This document shows, piece by piece, positions 1-19,538 of a stretch of 64,000 nucleotides of DNA. Position numbers and translations under genes: made by a program. Below the pieces are notes generated by a model. That model was not told where the DNA came from, ran no database searches, and saw only the letters and a program-made list of their open reading frames with translations. The stretch covers positions 3,520,001-3,584,000 of the forward strand of contig CAWDXG010000004.1 in the NCBI GenBank assembly GCA_963806225.1, in the 5' to 3' direction. How positions within the stretch are numbered: the stretch's first letter is position 1; each line of letters begins with the position of its first letter. The DNA comes from an uncultured delta proteobacterium (lineage in GTDB: Bacteria > Myxococcota_A > Polyangia > Polyangiales > Polyangiaceae).

Positions 1-564
1 GAAGCCGGCATCGACCAACGCCACCCGCGCGAAGTACGCCGGCTCCTCCCTGAGCAGGGACACCGCGGCAACCGCGCTCGCGCCTACGCCGATCAGCACC
101 ACCGGGCCCGGCGAGACGTAGTCTCCGAAACGTCGTCGCAGCGCCGCCAGCGAAGCGCGGAGCGCCTGCCGCTGCTCGGAGAGCCGATCGGCGTGGGCGG
201 GGCGCGGGCACAGCACGAAGCCGTATGCGTGCGAGAGCTCGCGCCAATGTCGGCAGGCGCCGGCGTCGGCGGTGCCCAGCACGACCAGCACCGGCCTCGA
301 GTCGGTGGCGTTGGCGGGTGCGAACACCGAGGCATTGGGCGCTAGCCGTTGCTCCGGCGGCCCGGGCAGCGGCGCCAAGCCGACGGAACGCTTGCGCGCG
401 GGCCGGGCCGAGGCCGCCGCGGAAGCGCTGACCGAAGCAGAAGGCACCGGCGTTGCCGGGCGCGAGAGGCGAGCGTAGGCAACGAGCACGGCCACGCCGG
501 CGACGACCGCCGCCGCGATGACGGCGAGGACCAGCGGGGATCGTCCGGACTGCGTCGCCACCAT
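1..564 (-). CDS. Membrane-anchored alpha/beta-hydrolase-like protein, 3' end runs off the window
   Basis: Not in the ORF track. Read by hand from ATG at 564, open to base 1: MVATQSGRSPLVLAVIAAAVVAGVAVLVAY (TM), Pro/Ser/Ala linker, then RPVLVVLG...YGFVLCPR...LRRRFGDYVSPGPVVLIGVGASA...FARVALVDAGF, which resembles hydrolase-fold strands. Confidence 0.65.
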   Translation of the reverse strand, partial: MVATQSGRSPLVLAVIAAAVVAGVAVLVAYARLSRPATPVPSASVSASAAASARPARKRSVGLAPLPGPPEQRLAPNASVFAPANATDSRPVLVVLGTADAGACRHWRELSHAYGFVLCPRPAHADRLSEQRQALRASLAALRRRFGDYVSPGPVVLIGVGASAVAAVSLLREEPAYFARVALVDAGF

Positions 565-575
565 CCCGGCTCCAG

Positions 576-2429
576 CTAGAGTCTGAGCTCGCCGTCGATG
601 ACCTTCTGCCACAGCTCGCGGGTGAGCGGCAGGTAGCCGTCGTCGCCGCGCACGTACATCGGGTCGTCGACGCTGTTGGGGTCCACCCCTTCGGCCCGGA
701 GCTGGCGCTTCTGGATCTTGAACGTGCCGGTCGTCTGGAGTTGCGCGATGACGCGAACGAAGCGCGGTTGTGCGTATCCGGGCAGTTCCTGGGCTGTCCG
801 CCAGAACGCCTCCGGGTCGAAGCCGTTGTCGCACACCACGGCGGCCAGCCCCGCCTGCCCCTCGGCGCCGGGCACGTGCACGCCCGACACCGTCGCCTCG
901 CGCACGCCTCGCGCCTTTCCGAGCACCTCCGCTACCTCCGCGGTCGACACGTTCTCGCCCTTCCAACGGTACGTGTCGCCAATGCGATCCACGAAGTAGA
1001 AATAGTCGTTGTCGTCGAAACGCATCAGATCGCCGGAGCGGAAGTAGCGATCGCCGCTCTTGAACACATCCCGCAGGATCTTCCTCTCTGTGGCCTCCGC
1101 GTCGGTGTAGCCCGCAAAATCGCCGAGCGCGCTCCGCGGCTTGTCCGCCAGGCGGATCAACAGCTCTCCGACCTCGCCGGCCGTACACTCGACGCACAAT
1201 CCCCGTCGGTCGCGCAGGAGCTCGTCCTGGTCCACGTCGTAACGCGCCAGCTTGAGCGGGCCGAGGCGGCGGAGAGGCACATGGCCGATGGATCCGACCT
1301 TGCCGGAGAGATTGAAGATCGCGCCGGGCGCCTCCGTGGCGCTGTAGAACTCGCGGATCATCGGGATCTCGAAACGGCGCTGGAACGGCTCCCACACGTC
1401 CGCCCGGAGACCGTTGCCGAGCGCCACCCGCACGGGGTTGTTCTTCTCCGCCTCGGTCGGCGGCGAGTTCAGCAGATAGCGGCAGAGCTCGCCGATGTAG
1501 AGGATGGCGGTGGCGCGATAGCGCTCTACGTCGGTCCAGAACGACGTCGCGCTGAAGTGCTCCCTGAGCGCCATCGGCGTTCGCGTCATGATGGAGCCGC
1601 CGGCTCCGATCAGCATGGCGCTGGAGTGGTACAGCGGCAGGACGCAGTACAGCTTGTCACCCGGCTTGAACTCGAAGATGAGCTGCCCGAACGAGGCGCC
1701 GGCCACCAGGGCCCGCGCATGGGTCACGCGGCAGGGCTTCGGCAGGCCGGTGGTGCCCGAAGTGTAGATGTAGATGTAGTCGCTCGACGCCGGGAGCACG
1801 ACGCGCGGGAACGGCTCGCGCGGAGCTTCGGCGATGCGCTCCTCCAACTCGCCCTTGCGGTACGGGATCAGATGACGGAGCTGGGCGCGGACGTCCTGCC
1901 GGCTTCCGAGCAGCTCGGCGAACTGCTTTTCTGCAATCGCAACGCGCGCGCCGGAGGCCCTCACCGCGTGCGAGAGCGGCGCGCCCTCGAGATGGTAGTT
2001 GACGAGCGCTGTGGTCCCCCCCAGCCGCGCCACGCCGAGCGTGATGGCGATGTACATAGGCGAGTTCTGGCCTAACAGCGCTACGACGTCGCCACGGACG
2101 ACGCCGCACCCCTGGAGCACGTGCGCCACGCGCGAGCACAGCTCGTCGAGCTCTGCCCAGCTCAGCCGCTCGTCGTGCATCTCGAGCGCGAGGCCGCCCG
2201 GGTCGGCGGCGGCGTTCGCCATCGCGACCTTCACCAGGCTGTGGTCGTGATCCTCCCTCGCCTTGAGCAGCCAGGGCAGCGTGCGATAGAGCGCGATGGG
2301 CAGCGCGTGCAACTGCGCCTTCAGGCTGTCGTGCCATTCGGGGTCGGGAGTGCGCCGCACCCAGTCGCCCAGCGTGCCGACGAGCGCGCGCGCCGCCTCG
2401 CCGGGGCCCATCCTCAACTTGCCGGCCAT
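576..2429 (-). CDS. Long-chain acyl-CoA synthetase, FATP/FadD6-like
   Basis: AMP-binding motif YIYTSGTTGLPK; YIGELCRYLL; EFYSATE; FATP signature DRIGDTYRWKGENVSTAEV. Confidence 0.92.
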   Translation of the reverse strand: MAGKLRMGPGEAARALVGTLGDWVRRTPDPEWHDSLKAQLHALPIALYRTLPWLLKAREDHDHSLVKVAMANAAADPGGLALEMHDERLSWAELDELCSRVAHVLQGCGVVRGDVVALLGQNSPMYIAITLGVARLGGTTALVNYHLEGAPLSHAVRASGARVAIAEKQFAELLGSRQDVRAQLRHLIPYRKGELEERIAEAPREPFPRVVLPASSDYIYIYTSGTTGLPKPCRVTHARALVAGASFGQLIFEFKPGDKLYCVLPLYHSSAMLIGAGGSIMTRTPMALREHFSATSFWTDVERYRATAILYIGELCRYLLNSPPTEAEKNNPVRVALGNGLRADVWEPFQRRFEIPMIREFYSATEAPGAIFNLSGKVGSIGHVPLRRLGPLKLARYDVDQDELLRDRRGLCVECTAGEVGELLIRLADKPRSALGDFAGYTDAEATERKILRDVFKSGDRYFRSGDLMRFDDNDYFYFVDRIGDTYRWKGENVSTAEVAEVLGKARGVREATVSGVHVPGAEGQAGLAAVVCDNGFDPEAFWRTAQELPGYAQPRFVRVIAQLQTTGTFKIQKRQLRAEGVDPNSVDDPMYVRGDDGYLPLTRELWQKVIDGELRL

Positions 2430-2497
2430 CGGGCCGACAGTGTACGCGATTTCGTCCCGGTGTCACGAGGCGACGTGATCACGGATCGAGACCGATT

Positions 2498-3216
2498 TCA
2501 GGTAGAGGTGGCGGCCTTGTCCATGCGGACGAACTTGCCCTGGGCATCCCTCGAACAGATCTGCGGGGCGCACTCCGCGTCCGAGGCGCAGCTCTTGGTT
2601 CCTGTGCCCGGAACGCGGCAGAAGTAGCGATCGCCGTTCCACGTACAGATGGTGCCGCCCGTGCAGGTTTTCGTTCCGCCCGCACAATCGTGGACGTCCT
2701 GCTGACATTGGCCGCCGCTGCAATACTCGCCGGCTGCGCACTCCCACACGTTGGTGCAGCCGCTGCCGACCGTGCTCCACACGCCGCAAGCGCTCGACGG
2801 ATCGCCGCAGGGCGCGCACACGCCGTAGCTCCCGGCGACGCTCTGGCAGTACATGTTGATGACATGCGACTTGTCGCCGTAAAGCTTGTGAAGCCGCAGG
2901 ATTTCACGCATGCGCCCTGCGGCGAGCAGGTCTCTCCGCCGGAGCACGGCGAGGTAGTCGAGCGCTGACCGCACTTGTGCGTCTTGTCTTTGCAGGCGTG
3001 CGCCGGAGCGCTGCTCGTCCCGCACTGGCCGCAGTCGGCGTCGGCCGTGCAGTTGTCCGGGCAGTTCAGCACGCAGGAGCCGCCCGCCCCGCAACGCTGG
3101 TGCCAGCCCTGGCCGGTCGACGCGTCACAGGCCACGCACCGCTGCGAGCCCACGTCGCACTTGGTCCGCCCGAAGGAGCAGTCCTTGCACTCGGCGTCCG
3201 ACGAGCAGTTCGTCAA
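2498..3216 (-). pseudogene. Degraded mosaic of Cys-rich repeat protein fragments
   Basis: Cys-rich repeats (CSSDAEC, CTADADC) are in one frame from 3216 to about 2895, then continue in another frame (CASDAEC) to 2498. No signal peptide or SD. Apparent Cys-to-Trp and Cys-to-Arg decay. Confidence 0.55.
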
Positions 3217-3242
3217 GAAGCAGATCGCGCCTAGACGGCGCG

Positions 3243-3270
3243 GCTCCGCGACCCCGGCGGGCCGCGGAGC
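3243..3270 (-). terminator. GC-rich hairpin just downstream of rpoC (no U-tract)
   Basis: Minus strand GCTCCGCGGCCC-GCCG-GGGTCGCGGAGC, a 12-bp stem with one G-U pair, 13 nt after the rpoC stop. Confidence 0.5.
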
Positions 3271-3283
3271 AATCGGACCGGCG

Positions 3284-7546
<4,263 letters not shown>

Positions 7547-7642
7547 GGCAGCCTCCTTCGATCGTGGACACGGACACGGACCGGCCGCAGATGGCGGACG
7601 GTCGAACGGAAATCATGGGCGTCGGGTTCATCACCGGGACCC

Positions 7643-11779
<4,137 letters not shown>

Positions 11780-11930
11780 CTAGTTCCTCCGGACACGAAA
11801 TGCGCCCCGCGGGAAACGGCACACCCTGCCGCCCCGCGAGACGCCTACCCCCAAACGCACGCTCGAACACTGTCGCCCGCTAGAAGCGGGCGCCGAAGCT
11901 ATCTGGAACGAAGTGACCAACAGCAAGGTC

Positions 11931-12311
11931 CTACTTGACCTCGACCTTGGCTCCGGCAGCTTCCAGCTTCTTCTTGATGTCCTCGGCCTCTTCCTTGCCG
12001 ATGGCCTCCTTGATGGCCTTCGGCGCGCCTTCAACGAGGTCCTTGGCCTCCTTGAGACCGAGCGCGGTGATCTCGCGCACCGCCTTGATGACGTTGATCT
12101 TGCTGGCGCCTGCCTCGGCGAGGATGACGTCGAACTCCGTCTTCTCCTCCTCGGCGGGAGCCGCAGCCCCGGCACCCGCGGGACCCGCAACCGCAACCGG
12201 CGCGGCGCTGACGCCCCACTTGTCTTCCAGCTCATGAACCAGCTCCGCGATCTGGATGACCGGGAGGTTGGAAAGGTAGTCGACCACCTGCTCGCGCGTA
12301 ATCTCAGCCAT
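11931..12311 (-). CDS. rplL: 50S ribosomal protein L7/L12
   Basis: [10 protein letters not shown]...[24 protein letters not shown]; synteny. Confidence 0.98.
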   Translation of the reverse strand: MAEITREQVVDYLSNLPVIQIAELVHELEDKWGVSAAPVAVAGPAGAGAAAPAEEEKTEFDVILAEAGASKINVIKAVREITALGLKEAKDLVEGAPKAIKEAIGKEEAEDIKKKLEAAGAKVEVK

Positions 12312-12407
12312 TTTCTTACTCCGAAACGTTTCGTTGTTTGTGGTTGGTCTCTTCTGTCACTTCGGCGCCCGCGGCAGGCCACGGCGCGCTGGAAGTCTCT
12401 TGACGGC

Positions 12408-12935
12408 TCAGCCGCCCTCGTCTTTGCGCTGCTTCGCTGCCATGACGCCCACCAGCTCGCGGGCGGGTGCGTTGAGCAGCATCACCAGGTTCTGTGCCGG
12501 CGCCATCATCGTGGCCAGCAGCATCGAGCGCGCCTCGTCCTTGCTGGGCAGAAGGGCGAGCTGGTTCTCGACCGCCTTGGCATCGAGCACCGCGCCATCG
12601 AGAACCCCGGCCTTGACCTTGAGCTTCTCGTTGCCCTTCTTGAACTCCTTGAGCACGCGCGCTGCGGCGCTCGGCTCCTCGAAGCTCCAGGCGATCGCGG
12701 TCATCCCCTTGAGCGCGTCGCCCAGCCCGTCGATGAACGACTCCTTCTCCAGGGCCTGGCGCACGAGGGTGTTCTTGACGACCTTGTACTCGACGCCCTT
12801 CTCGCGGAAAACGTCGCGCAGCTTGCTGACTTCCTCGACCGTCATGCCGCTGTAGTCGACGAGAACGGCCGAAGTCATACGCGAGAAACGATCGCGGATG
12901 TCCGCGACCTGCTCGATTTTCTGGGAGCGAAGCAT
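12408..12935 (-). CDS. rplJ: 50S ribosomal protein L10
   Basis: VDYSGMTV...LR...YKVVKNTL...LPSKDE; lies between rplA and rplL. Confidence 0.97.
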   Translation of the reverse strand: MLRSQKIEQVADIRDRFSRMTSAVLVDYSGMTVEEVSKLRDVFREKGVEYKVVKNTLVRQALEKESFIDGLGDALKGMTAIAWSFEEPSAAARVLKEFKKGNEKLKVKAGVLDGAVLDAKAVENQLALLPSKDEARSMLLATMMAPAQNLVMLLNAPARELVGVMAAKQRKDEGG

Positions 12936-13651
12936 CAGTGTGCCTCCTCGGCGGTCGCCGTGACCGCGTTGGTGTCGACGCGCACGCCCGGTCCCATCGT
13001 GCTCGAAAGCGTGATGCTCCGGAGGTACACGCCCTTGGCCGTCGCGGGCTTCTTGTGGATGAGCTCGCGGATGAGCGCCTGCGCGTTGTCGACCAGTTTC
13101 GATTGGTCGAACGACACGCGGCCGACCCTGCAGTGTACGACACCCGCCTTGTCGACGCGGTACTCGACCTTGCCCGCCTTGGCCTCGCGCACGGCTTCAG
13201 CCACGTTCGCAGTCACCGTGCCCACCTTCGGGTTCGGCATCAGACCGCGCGGGCCGAGGATGCGCCCGAGCTTGCCGACCGAGCCCATCATGTCGGGCGT
13301 CGCGATGACGCGATCGAAGTCGAGGAAGCCGCCCTGGACCTTCTGCACCAGTTCGTCGGCCCCGGCGAAGTCGGCGCCTGCCTCGAGCGCTTCCTTCTCC
13401 TTGTCGCCCTTGGCGAAGACCAGCACACGGACGCTCTTGCCGGTGCCGTGCGGCAGCACCAGCGCGCCGCGCACCATCTGGTCGGCGTGCTTGGGATTGA
13501 CTCCGAGGCGCACCGCGACGTCGACGCTCTCGTCGAACTTCGCGTAGGACGCCGATTTGACTACGCCCACCGCGTCGTCGACGGTGTAGCGCTTGTCGCG
13601 ATCGACCTTGCCGAGCGCGTCTTTCCGCTTCTTTGCCAGTTTACCAGCCAT
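12935..13651 (-). CDS. rplA: 50S ribosomal protein L1
   Basis: [44 protein letters not shown]. Confidence 0.98.
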   Translation of the reverse strand: MAGKLAKKRKDALGKVDRDKRYTVDDAVGVVKSASYAKFDESVDVAVRLGVNPKHADQMVRGALVLPHGTGKSVRVLVFAKGDKEKEALEAGADFAGADELVQKVQGGFLDFDRVIATPDMMGSVGKLGRILGPRGLMPNPKVGTVTANVAEAVREAKAGKVEYRVDKAGVVHCRVGRVSFDQSKLVDNAQALIRELIHKKPATAKGVYLRSITLSSTMGPGVRVDTNAVTATAEEAH

Positions 13652-13756
13652 GTTCGATTCGTCTTTCGACTCCTGGGAGACGGTCAGAACCGCGGTAGCG
13701 ACGGGCCCCGTGCCACGTCACCTGCCGCGCTGCCGCACCAGTAACTTTCGTGCTCT

Positions 13757-14207
13757 TCAGGATGACGTCGATACCCATGCTGCGGGCGGTGCCGGCGATG
13801 CTGCGCGCCGCCGCCTCGACATCCGTCGTGTTCATGTCCTTGATCTTGGTCTTCGCGACCTCGCGCACCTGATCCATCGTCAGCTCGCCGACCTTGTTCT
13901 TGTTCGGCTCCTTCGACCCGGAGCCGGGCTTGCCGGACGTAGCCAACCCGCACGCCTTCTTGAGCAGGATGCTCGCCGGCGGCGACTTCATCACGAAGGA
14001 GTACGAGCGGTCGGCGTACACGGTGATCACCACCGGGATGATCGTGTCGCCGAGCGGCGCGCTCCGGCCGTTGAAGTCCTTGCAGAACTGCATGATGTTG
14101 ACCCCGTGCTGGCCGAGCGCGGGGCCCACCGGGGGCGAGGGATTCGCCTTGCCAGCGGGGAGCTGCAGTTTGATGAAACCTGCGATCTTCTTCTTGGCGG
14201 CTGCCAT
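13757..14207 (-). CDS. rplK: 50S ribosomal protein L11. The expected stop (TGA at 13759-13757) is one base out of frame, so the ORF as written runs on to 13641.
   Basis: [35 protein letters not shown]...[13 protein letters not shown], then GTC ATC C TGA. Confidence 0.95.
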
Positions 14208-14231
14208 CTCTACTCTCGATTCTCCAGAGCC

Positions 14232-14798
14232 TTAGCGCTTCTCGACGTGGGAAAAGTCGAGCTCGACGGGGGTCGGACGCCCGAAGATGCTGACCATGAC
14301 CTTGAGCTTCTGCTTGTCGGGCTTGACCTCCTGGACCGTGCCCGAGAAATTCGCGAACGCTCCGACGACCACCCGGACCTCGTCACCCTCCTGGAACTGG
14401 TGACGGGGCTTGGGCTTGACCGCGCCCTCGACAATCCCCTTGCGGAGATCCTCGATGTGCGGCGGCTTGACCTCCTGCGGACGCTGGTTGCCGATGAAGC
14501 CGGTAACCTTCGGCGTGTCCTTGACCAGGTGCCAGGCGTGCTCGCTCATCTCCATCTCGACGAAGACGTAGCCGGGGAAGCTCGTCTTGGTCTTGACGCG
14601 ACTCTTGCCGTCCTTGCCGTGCTCGGTGACCGTCTCCGAAGGGATGAGGATCTCGCCGAAGCGCTCTTCCATCTTCTGCTGGCGGATCCGCTCCTGCAGC
14701 GCGGCTTTGACCTTGTTCTCGTACCCCGAGTAGGTCGTGACGACGTACCACTTCTTGCCGGATTCCTCGGACATCTGAGCTTCCACCCCGCCAGTCAT
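14232..14798 (-). CDS. nusG: Transcription termination/antitermination factor NusG (alternative start ATG 14774)
   Basis: [28 protein letters not shown] domain [30 protein letters not shown]. Confidence 0.98.
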   Translation of the reverse strand: MTGGVEAQMSEESGKKWYVVTTYSGYENKVKAALQERIRQQKMEERFGEILIPSETVTEHGKDGKSRVKTKTSFPGYVFVEMEMSEHAWHLVKDTPKVTGFIGNQRPQEVKPPHIEDLRKGIVEGAVKPKPRHQFQEGDEVRVVVGAFANFSGTVQEVKPDKQKLKVMVSIFGRPTPVELDFSHVEKR

Positions 14799-15424
14799 GC
14801 GCCGTACACCAATGTCGTGAGAAAGCCCCAGAGCCGGTCGAGAAGAGCTACGTAGAGCGTCGCGATCGCGCTAGCGATCACCACGACGATCGTGCCACTC
14901 GTGACCATCTGCCTATCCGGCCACTTGCACTTGGAGAGCTCGATCGCCACCTCCCCGGCCCAACGCCGGATGCGATCGCGGCGATAGGTCTGGATGACAC
15001 CCAGAACCCCGATGACCGCCCCCGCGATCATCGTGATCGTCCCGCGGTCGTCCTCAGCGTAGCGCAGAAGCTGGGGTACGGCACGGACAGCGGCCGGCCA
15101 GGTGGCCAGCGCGTTCCAGATCATCTCGAGCATCTTGCCGCTCAGGTAGGCGACACCGATGCCGGCGGCGAAAAACGCCGCGTGCACGTACTTCGTCGCC
15201 CCGAGCTGCGTGGGCTGGGCGCCGCGTTCGGACTCCGGTTCCTCGTCGTCGTCGTCGCCAGCCGGCGCGACAGCGACGGGCTCGCCGCCCTCGGGCGGGA
15301 CGAACAGCGCGTCGACGGCCTCGTCGTCACCCTGCGTCTCGACCTCGGTCCCGACTTCGTCGTCGCCCTTCGGCTCGACCTCGGTCTCGTCGTCGTCTTT
15401 CTTGTTGTCGTCGTCTGTCGCCAT
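14795..15424 (-). CDS. secE: Preprotein translocase SecE, 3-TM form with a long acidic N-terminal extension
   Basis: EVAIELSKCKWPDRQMVTSGTIVVVI...LLD core; located between tRNA-Trp and nusG; ATG at 15424. Confidence 0.9.
   Translation of the reverse strand: MATDDDNKKDDDETEVEPKGDDEVGTEVETQGDDEAVDALFVPPEGGEPVAVAPAGDDDDEEPESERGAQPTQLGATKYVHAAFFAAGIGVAYLSGKMLEMIWNALATWPAAVRAVPQLLRYAEDDRGTITMIAGAVIGVLGVIQTYRRDRIRRWAGEVAIELSKCKWPDRQMVTSGTIVVVIASAIATLYVALLDRLWGFLTTLVYGA
15321..15386. repeat. Imperfect tandem duplication with 36-bp period inside secE (TEVExxGDDE x2)
   Basis: TCGTCGTCACCCTGCGTCTCGACCTCGGTC at 15321 and TCGTCGTCGCCCTTCGGCTCGACCTCGGTC at 15357. Confidence 0.75.
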
Positions 15425-15476
15425 CAAAAAACCCTGGCGCCCTTCCGGCCGGCGTCCTTGGGGGGCCGGCATCGGG

Positions 15477-15549
15477 CAGGGGCGGAGAGACTCGAACTCC
15501 CGACCCGCGGATTTGGAATCCGCTGCTCTACCAACTGAGCTACGCCCCT
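15477..15549 (-). tRNA. tRNA-Trp(CCA)
   Basis: AGGGGCGTAGCTCAGTTGGTAGAGCAGCGGA-TT-CCA-AA-TCCGC...GTTCGAGTC...GCCCCTG; 3' CCA not encoded. Confidence 0.97.
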
Positions 15550-15590
15550 TTACTGAGTCGCGGGGCGGACCCGCGACGGCATCTCACTCG

Positions 15591-15773
15591 CTACTTCGTC
15601 TCCGTGTGAATCGTGTGCTTGTTGCAGGCCTTGCAGAACTTTTTGAGAGAGAGTGGCTTCGAGCCGTCGCGGCGTGCCTTCGTCGTCTTGTAGTTGCGCG
15701 CTCCGCAGACCGAACAGCTGAGGGCGATGGGAAGCCGCTGGCTCCCGCTCGCCGGTCTGCGTCTTTCCGTCAC
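15591..15773 (-). CDS. rpmG: 50S ribosomal protein L33, Zn-binding (C+) type
   Basis: IALSCSVCGARNYKTTK...LSLKKFCKACNKHTIHTETK. Confidence 0.95.
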   Translation of the reverse strand: MTERRRPASGSQRLPIALSCSVCGARNYKTTKARRDGSKPLSLKKFCKACNKHTIHTETK

Positions 15774-15777
15774 GGTC

Positions 15778-16968
<1,191 letters not shown>

Positions 16969-17014
16969 CGCTTGTACCTTCCGGCTTTTCGGTAAACTCC
17001 AGAGCTTTGCTTCG

Positions 17015-17087
<73 letters not shown>

Positions 17088-17139
17088 AGGATCGTTTGGT
17101 CGCTATCTTCGGGAGCGGCTGGGTCCGACGCCGCGTCGG

Positions 17140-17213
<74 letters not shown>

Positions 17214-17396
17214 CTGGGGGGGGGCCGTGCATAGCGCTACCCGGGGCAAGAGGCCACCCCGGAGCGTTGACGGCGCTGAATCAGTTCTTGCTATCCTCCT
17301 CCGGGCCGGCCGCTGGGCCTGTCGGTCCTGGCCGGGTTCGGCTTCTCATCGGTCCTCTCGGTCGTTGCTGTCGTCTCGGTGGCGCGCGGGCTCCAG

Positions 17397-17479
17397 TGGA
17401 GGGTGTTGGATTCGAACCAACGTAGGCATAAGCCGGCAGGTTTACAGCCTGCTCCCTTTGGCCGCTCGGGCAACCCTCC
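17397..17479 (-). tRNA. tRNA-Tyr(GTA)
   Basis: GGAGGGTTGCCCGAGCGGCCAAAGGGA-GCAGG-CT-GTA-AA-CCTGC, long variable arm, GTTCGAATC...ACCCTCCA. Confidence 0.97.
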
Positions 17480-17526
17480 AGAATTATTGAACTAGTTCGT
17501 CTTGCTCTGACTCCTGGCGGGCCCGG

Positions 17527-17599
17527 AGCTGGCGAGGGGACTCGAACCCCTAACCGCCTGTTTACAAAACAGGTGCTCTACCGGTTGAGCTACGCCAGC
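17527..17599 (-). tRNA. tRNA-Thr(TGT)
   Basis: GCTGGCGTAGCTCAACCGGTAGAGCA-CCTGT-TT-TGT-AA-ACAGG...GTTCGAGTC...CGCCAGCT. Confidence 0.97.
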
Positions 17600-17892
17600 A
17601 GACCTTCTGGGTGGCCCCGTCCGCGGCGGTCGCGCGGAGGGAGCAACCCGGTGACAATTCTGCAAGGCCCTGATCCTGCTCTAGCAAGTCTGGCGTGATT
17701 CCCCCGGCTGGGCGCTTCGGGATTGGGGAGAGGTGGGCCGCGCCGGCAACGCGGCTCCCCTCCGTTCGAGGAGGGATGGGCCGCATCTGGCACCGTGGCG
17801 GAAAAGATGCCAAAAAAGGGCACCCCACCCTTGCCCCGGCCAGCTCGCTCTGGACTGGGGCGGACAGAAGGGGACCCGAGGACGACCGGCCT

Positions 17893-17921
17893 CTGTTAGC
17901 GCCGGTCCCAGAGCGTGTCAA
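17893..17921 (-). promoter_or_regulatory. Candidate sigma70 promoter for the tRNA-tuf operon
   Basis: TTGACA-N17-TAACAG on the minus strand in the intergenic region upstream of tRNA-Thr(TGT). Confidence 0.45.
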
Positions 17922-17984
17922 GCACAAACCGTACCCGGCGGGTAGTTGGCACGGCGGACCCGAATCGGCTGTGTTCTCGCTGGG

Positions 17985-19185
17985 TCACGGCTGGCCCTTC
18001 TTCTTGTTCTTGAGCCGCTCGAGCGCGGCCTGGAGCTGGGCGCGGGTGTACGGCAGAGCTGCGATGGCGGCGTCCTCCTTCTTCATCGCCTCGTGGATCT
18101 TGACCTGTGCCTCGCGCGCGCGGAGGACCCACTCGGAATGCTCTCCGGTGCGCCCGGCCATGCGCACCGTGTGGTCCATCATGGTGAGCGCCTTCCGGAG
18201 CAGCACCGAGTAGCGCAGTCGCATCGCGCCCTCGAACAGCTTCTCCTTGGGGGTGCTGTCCGCGGCCTTCGGCGCGGGGATGGCCATCGAGATCCTGGTG
18301 CAGTGATTCGTACAGCTGGCCGACGCGGTAGCCCGCCATCGCCGACCAGTGGGCGTCGTACGCCCGCATCGCGTCCGAGTACGCGCTCTGCGCGTCGAGC
18401 AGCAGTTGGCAGCGCTGCTCGAGCACGGCCGCGAAGTTCGCGGGCACTGGATCGAACTTGATGCGCTCGGCCTTGATGCGCCGCACCTCGCCGAGCGCGT
18501 AGTAGAGCTGCGCCAGGTCGCGGGGGATGCGCCCCGCTTCGTCCATGCGGTGGTCCTCGACGACGGTGCGGCCCTTCTCGATGTAGTAGGTCGCCGTGTC
18601 CAGGTCGTCGTCCAGGATGAGGCCGAGCGCCTTGCCGCTGTACGCGACGATGCTCTCGAACGGTCGCAGGTCATGGTAGCGCTTCATCAACAGGTCGGAA
18701 GCCTGCTCGGCGCGCTTCCATTGCTCGAGGAACGCCAGAAGGCGGATGCTGCGCACGAGCGCCGCGCGACCGAGGTCGCTCTTCGGGAAGCGCCGCGCGG
18801 TCTGTTCGTAGCGGGCCAGCGCGGCCTCGCGATCCCCGGCGCGCTCCCACGCCTCGCCAGCCTCGAACAAGGAGTCGTCGGCGAGGTCGCCGTCCGGGTC
18901 GAGATCGAAGACGCGCTCGAACGCCTTGGCCGCGCCCGCCGCGTCCCCCGCGCGGAGGCGGGCACGCGCGCGGTCGTAGAGCTGGGGAATGCTGGCGGCG
19001 TCGACCGGCGTGACGATCGTCCGCGGCACCTCGACCCGGACCGGTCCGCTGGAGCGCGCCGCCGCCGGGGCGACCGGGTGCGCGGGACCGGGACGCTGCG
19101 CCGGGGCACAGCCCGCCAGCGCCAGGACGCAGACAGCGAAGCTGGCGAGGAAAGCCGGAACGGTGGGGGATTCGCAAGCGCCCAT
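17985..19185 (-). CDS. TPR-repeat lipoprotein (about 399 aa) with a +1 frameshift at about 18288
   Basis: Lipobox LALAGC and TPR helices. ...ESLHQDL joins MAIPAPKAAD... in the next frame after GAT CTC G. Confidence 0.8.
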
Positions 19186-19326
19186 GTCGTTTCGTGTCCT
19201 CCCGTGCCGCGAGGTTCCCGGCAAAGCCGGTTCATCCCGCCGCTACCGCGATGCGTCGAGGAAGCATGACCCACCCCCGGGCCCAGCGCACCCGGGACAA
19301 AGGCAGCGGAGAGCCCGATTAAGGTA

Positions 19327-19354
19327 TTGACCTCTGGCGTGGTCCCCTTACGTT
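19327..19354 (+). promoter_or_regulatory. Candidate sigma70 promoter for the DUF465 gene
   Basis: TTGACC-N16-TACGTT with an AT-richer stretch upstream. Confidence 0.5.
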
Positions 19355-19538
19355 GGATGAGTGACGGGTCGTATCGTTGCGATGGCAAGCCTGCCTATCG
19401 ACGACGCCGTGTGCGGGCCTCTTCCGGCTCCGCTCCGACCCGCCGGACCCAATCCAGAGCCTTCGAGGTACGCCGGCCCGACCGGACCGTTGTCTCGCGA
19501 AGGCAGCAGGCAATCAGGCACTCAGGAGGTGCGGCCCC

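Noticed and set aside
13641..13756. Genuine 39-aa C-terminal extension of L11
   Set aside because: A TGA sits one base out of frame exactly at the normal end; an indel error is simpler.
19260..19530. 6S RNA or a known riboswitch
   Set aside because: No long rod with a central bubble and no recognisable aptamer consensus; kept only as an unnamed leader.
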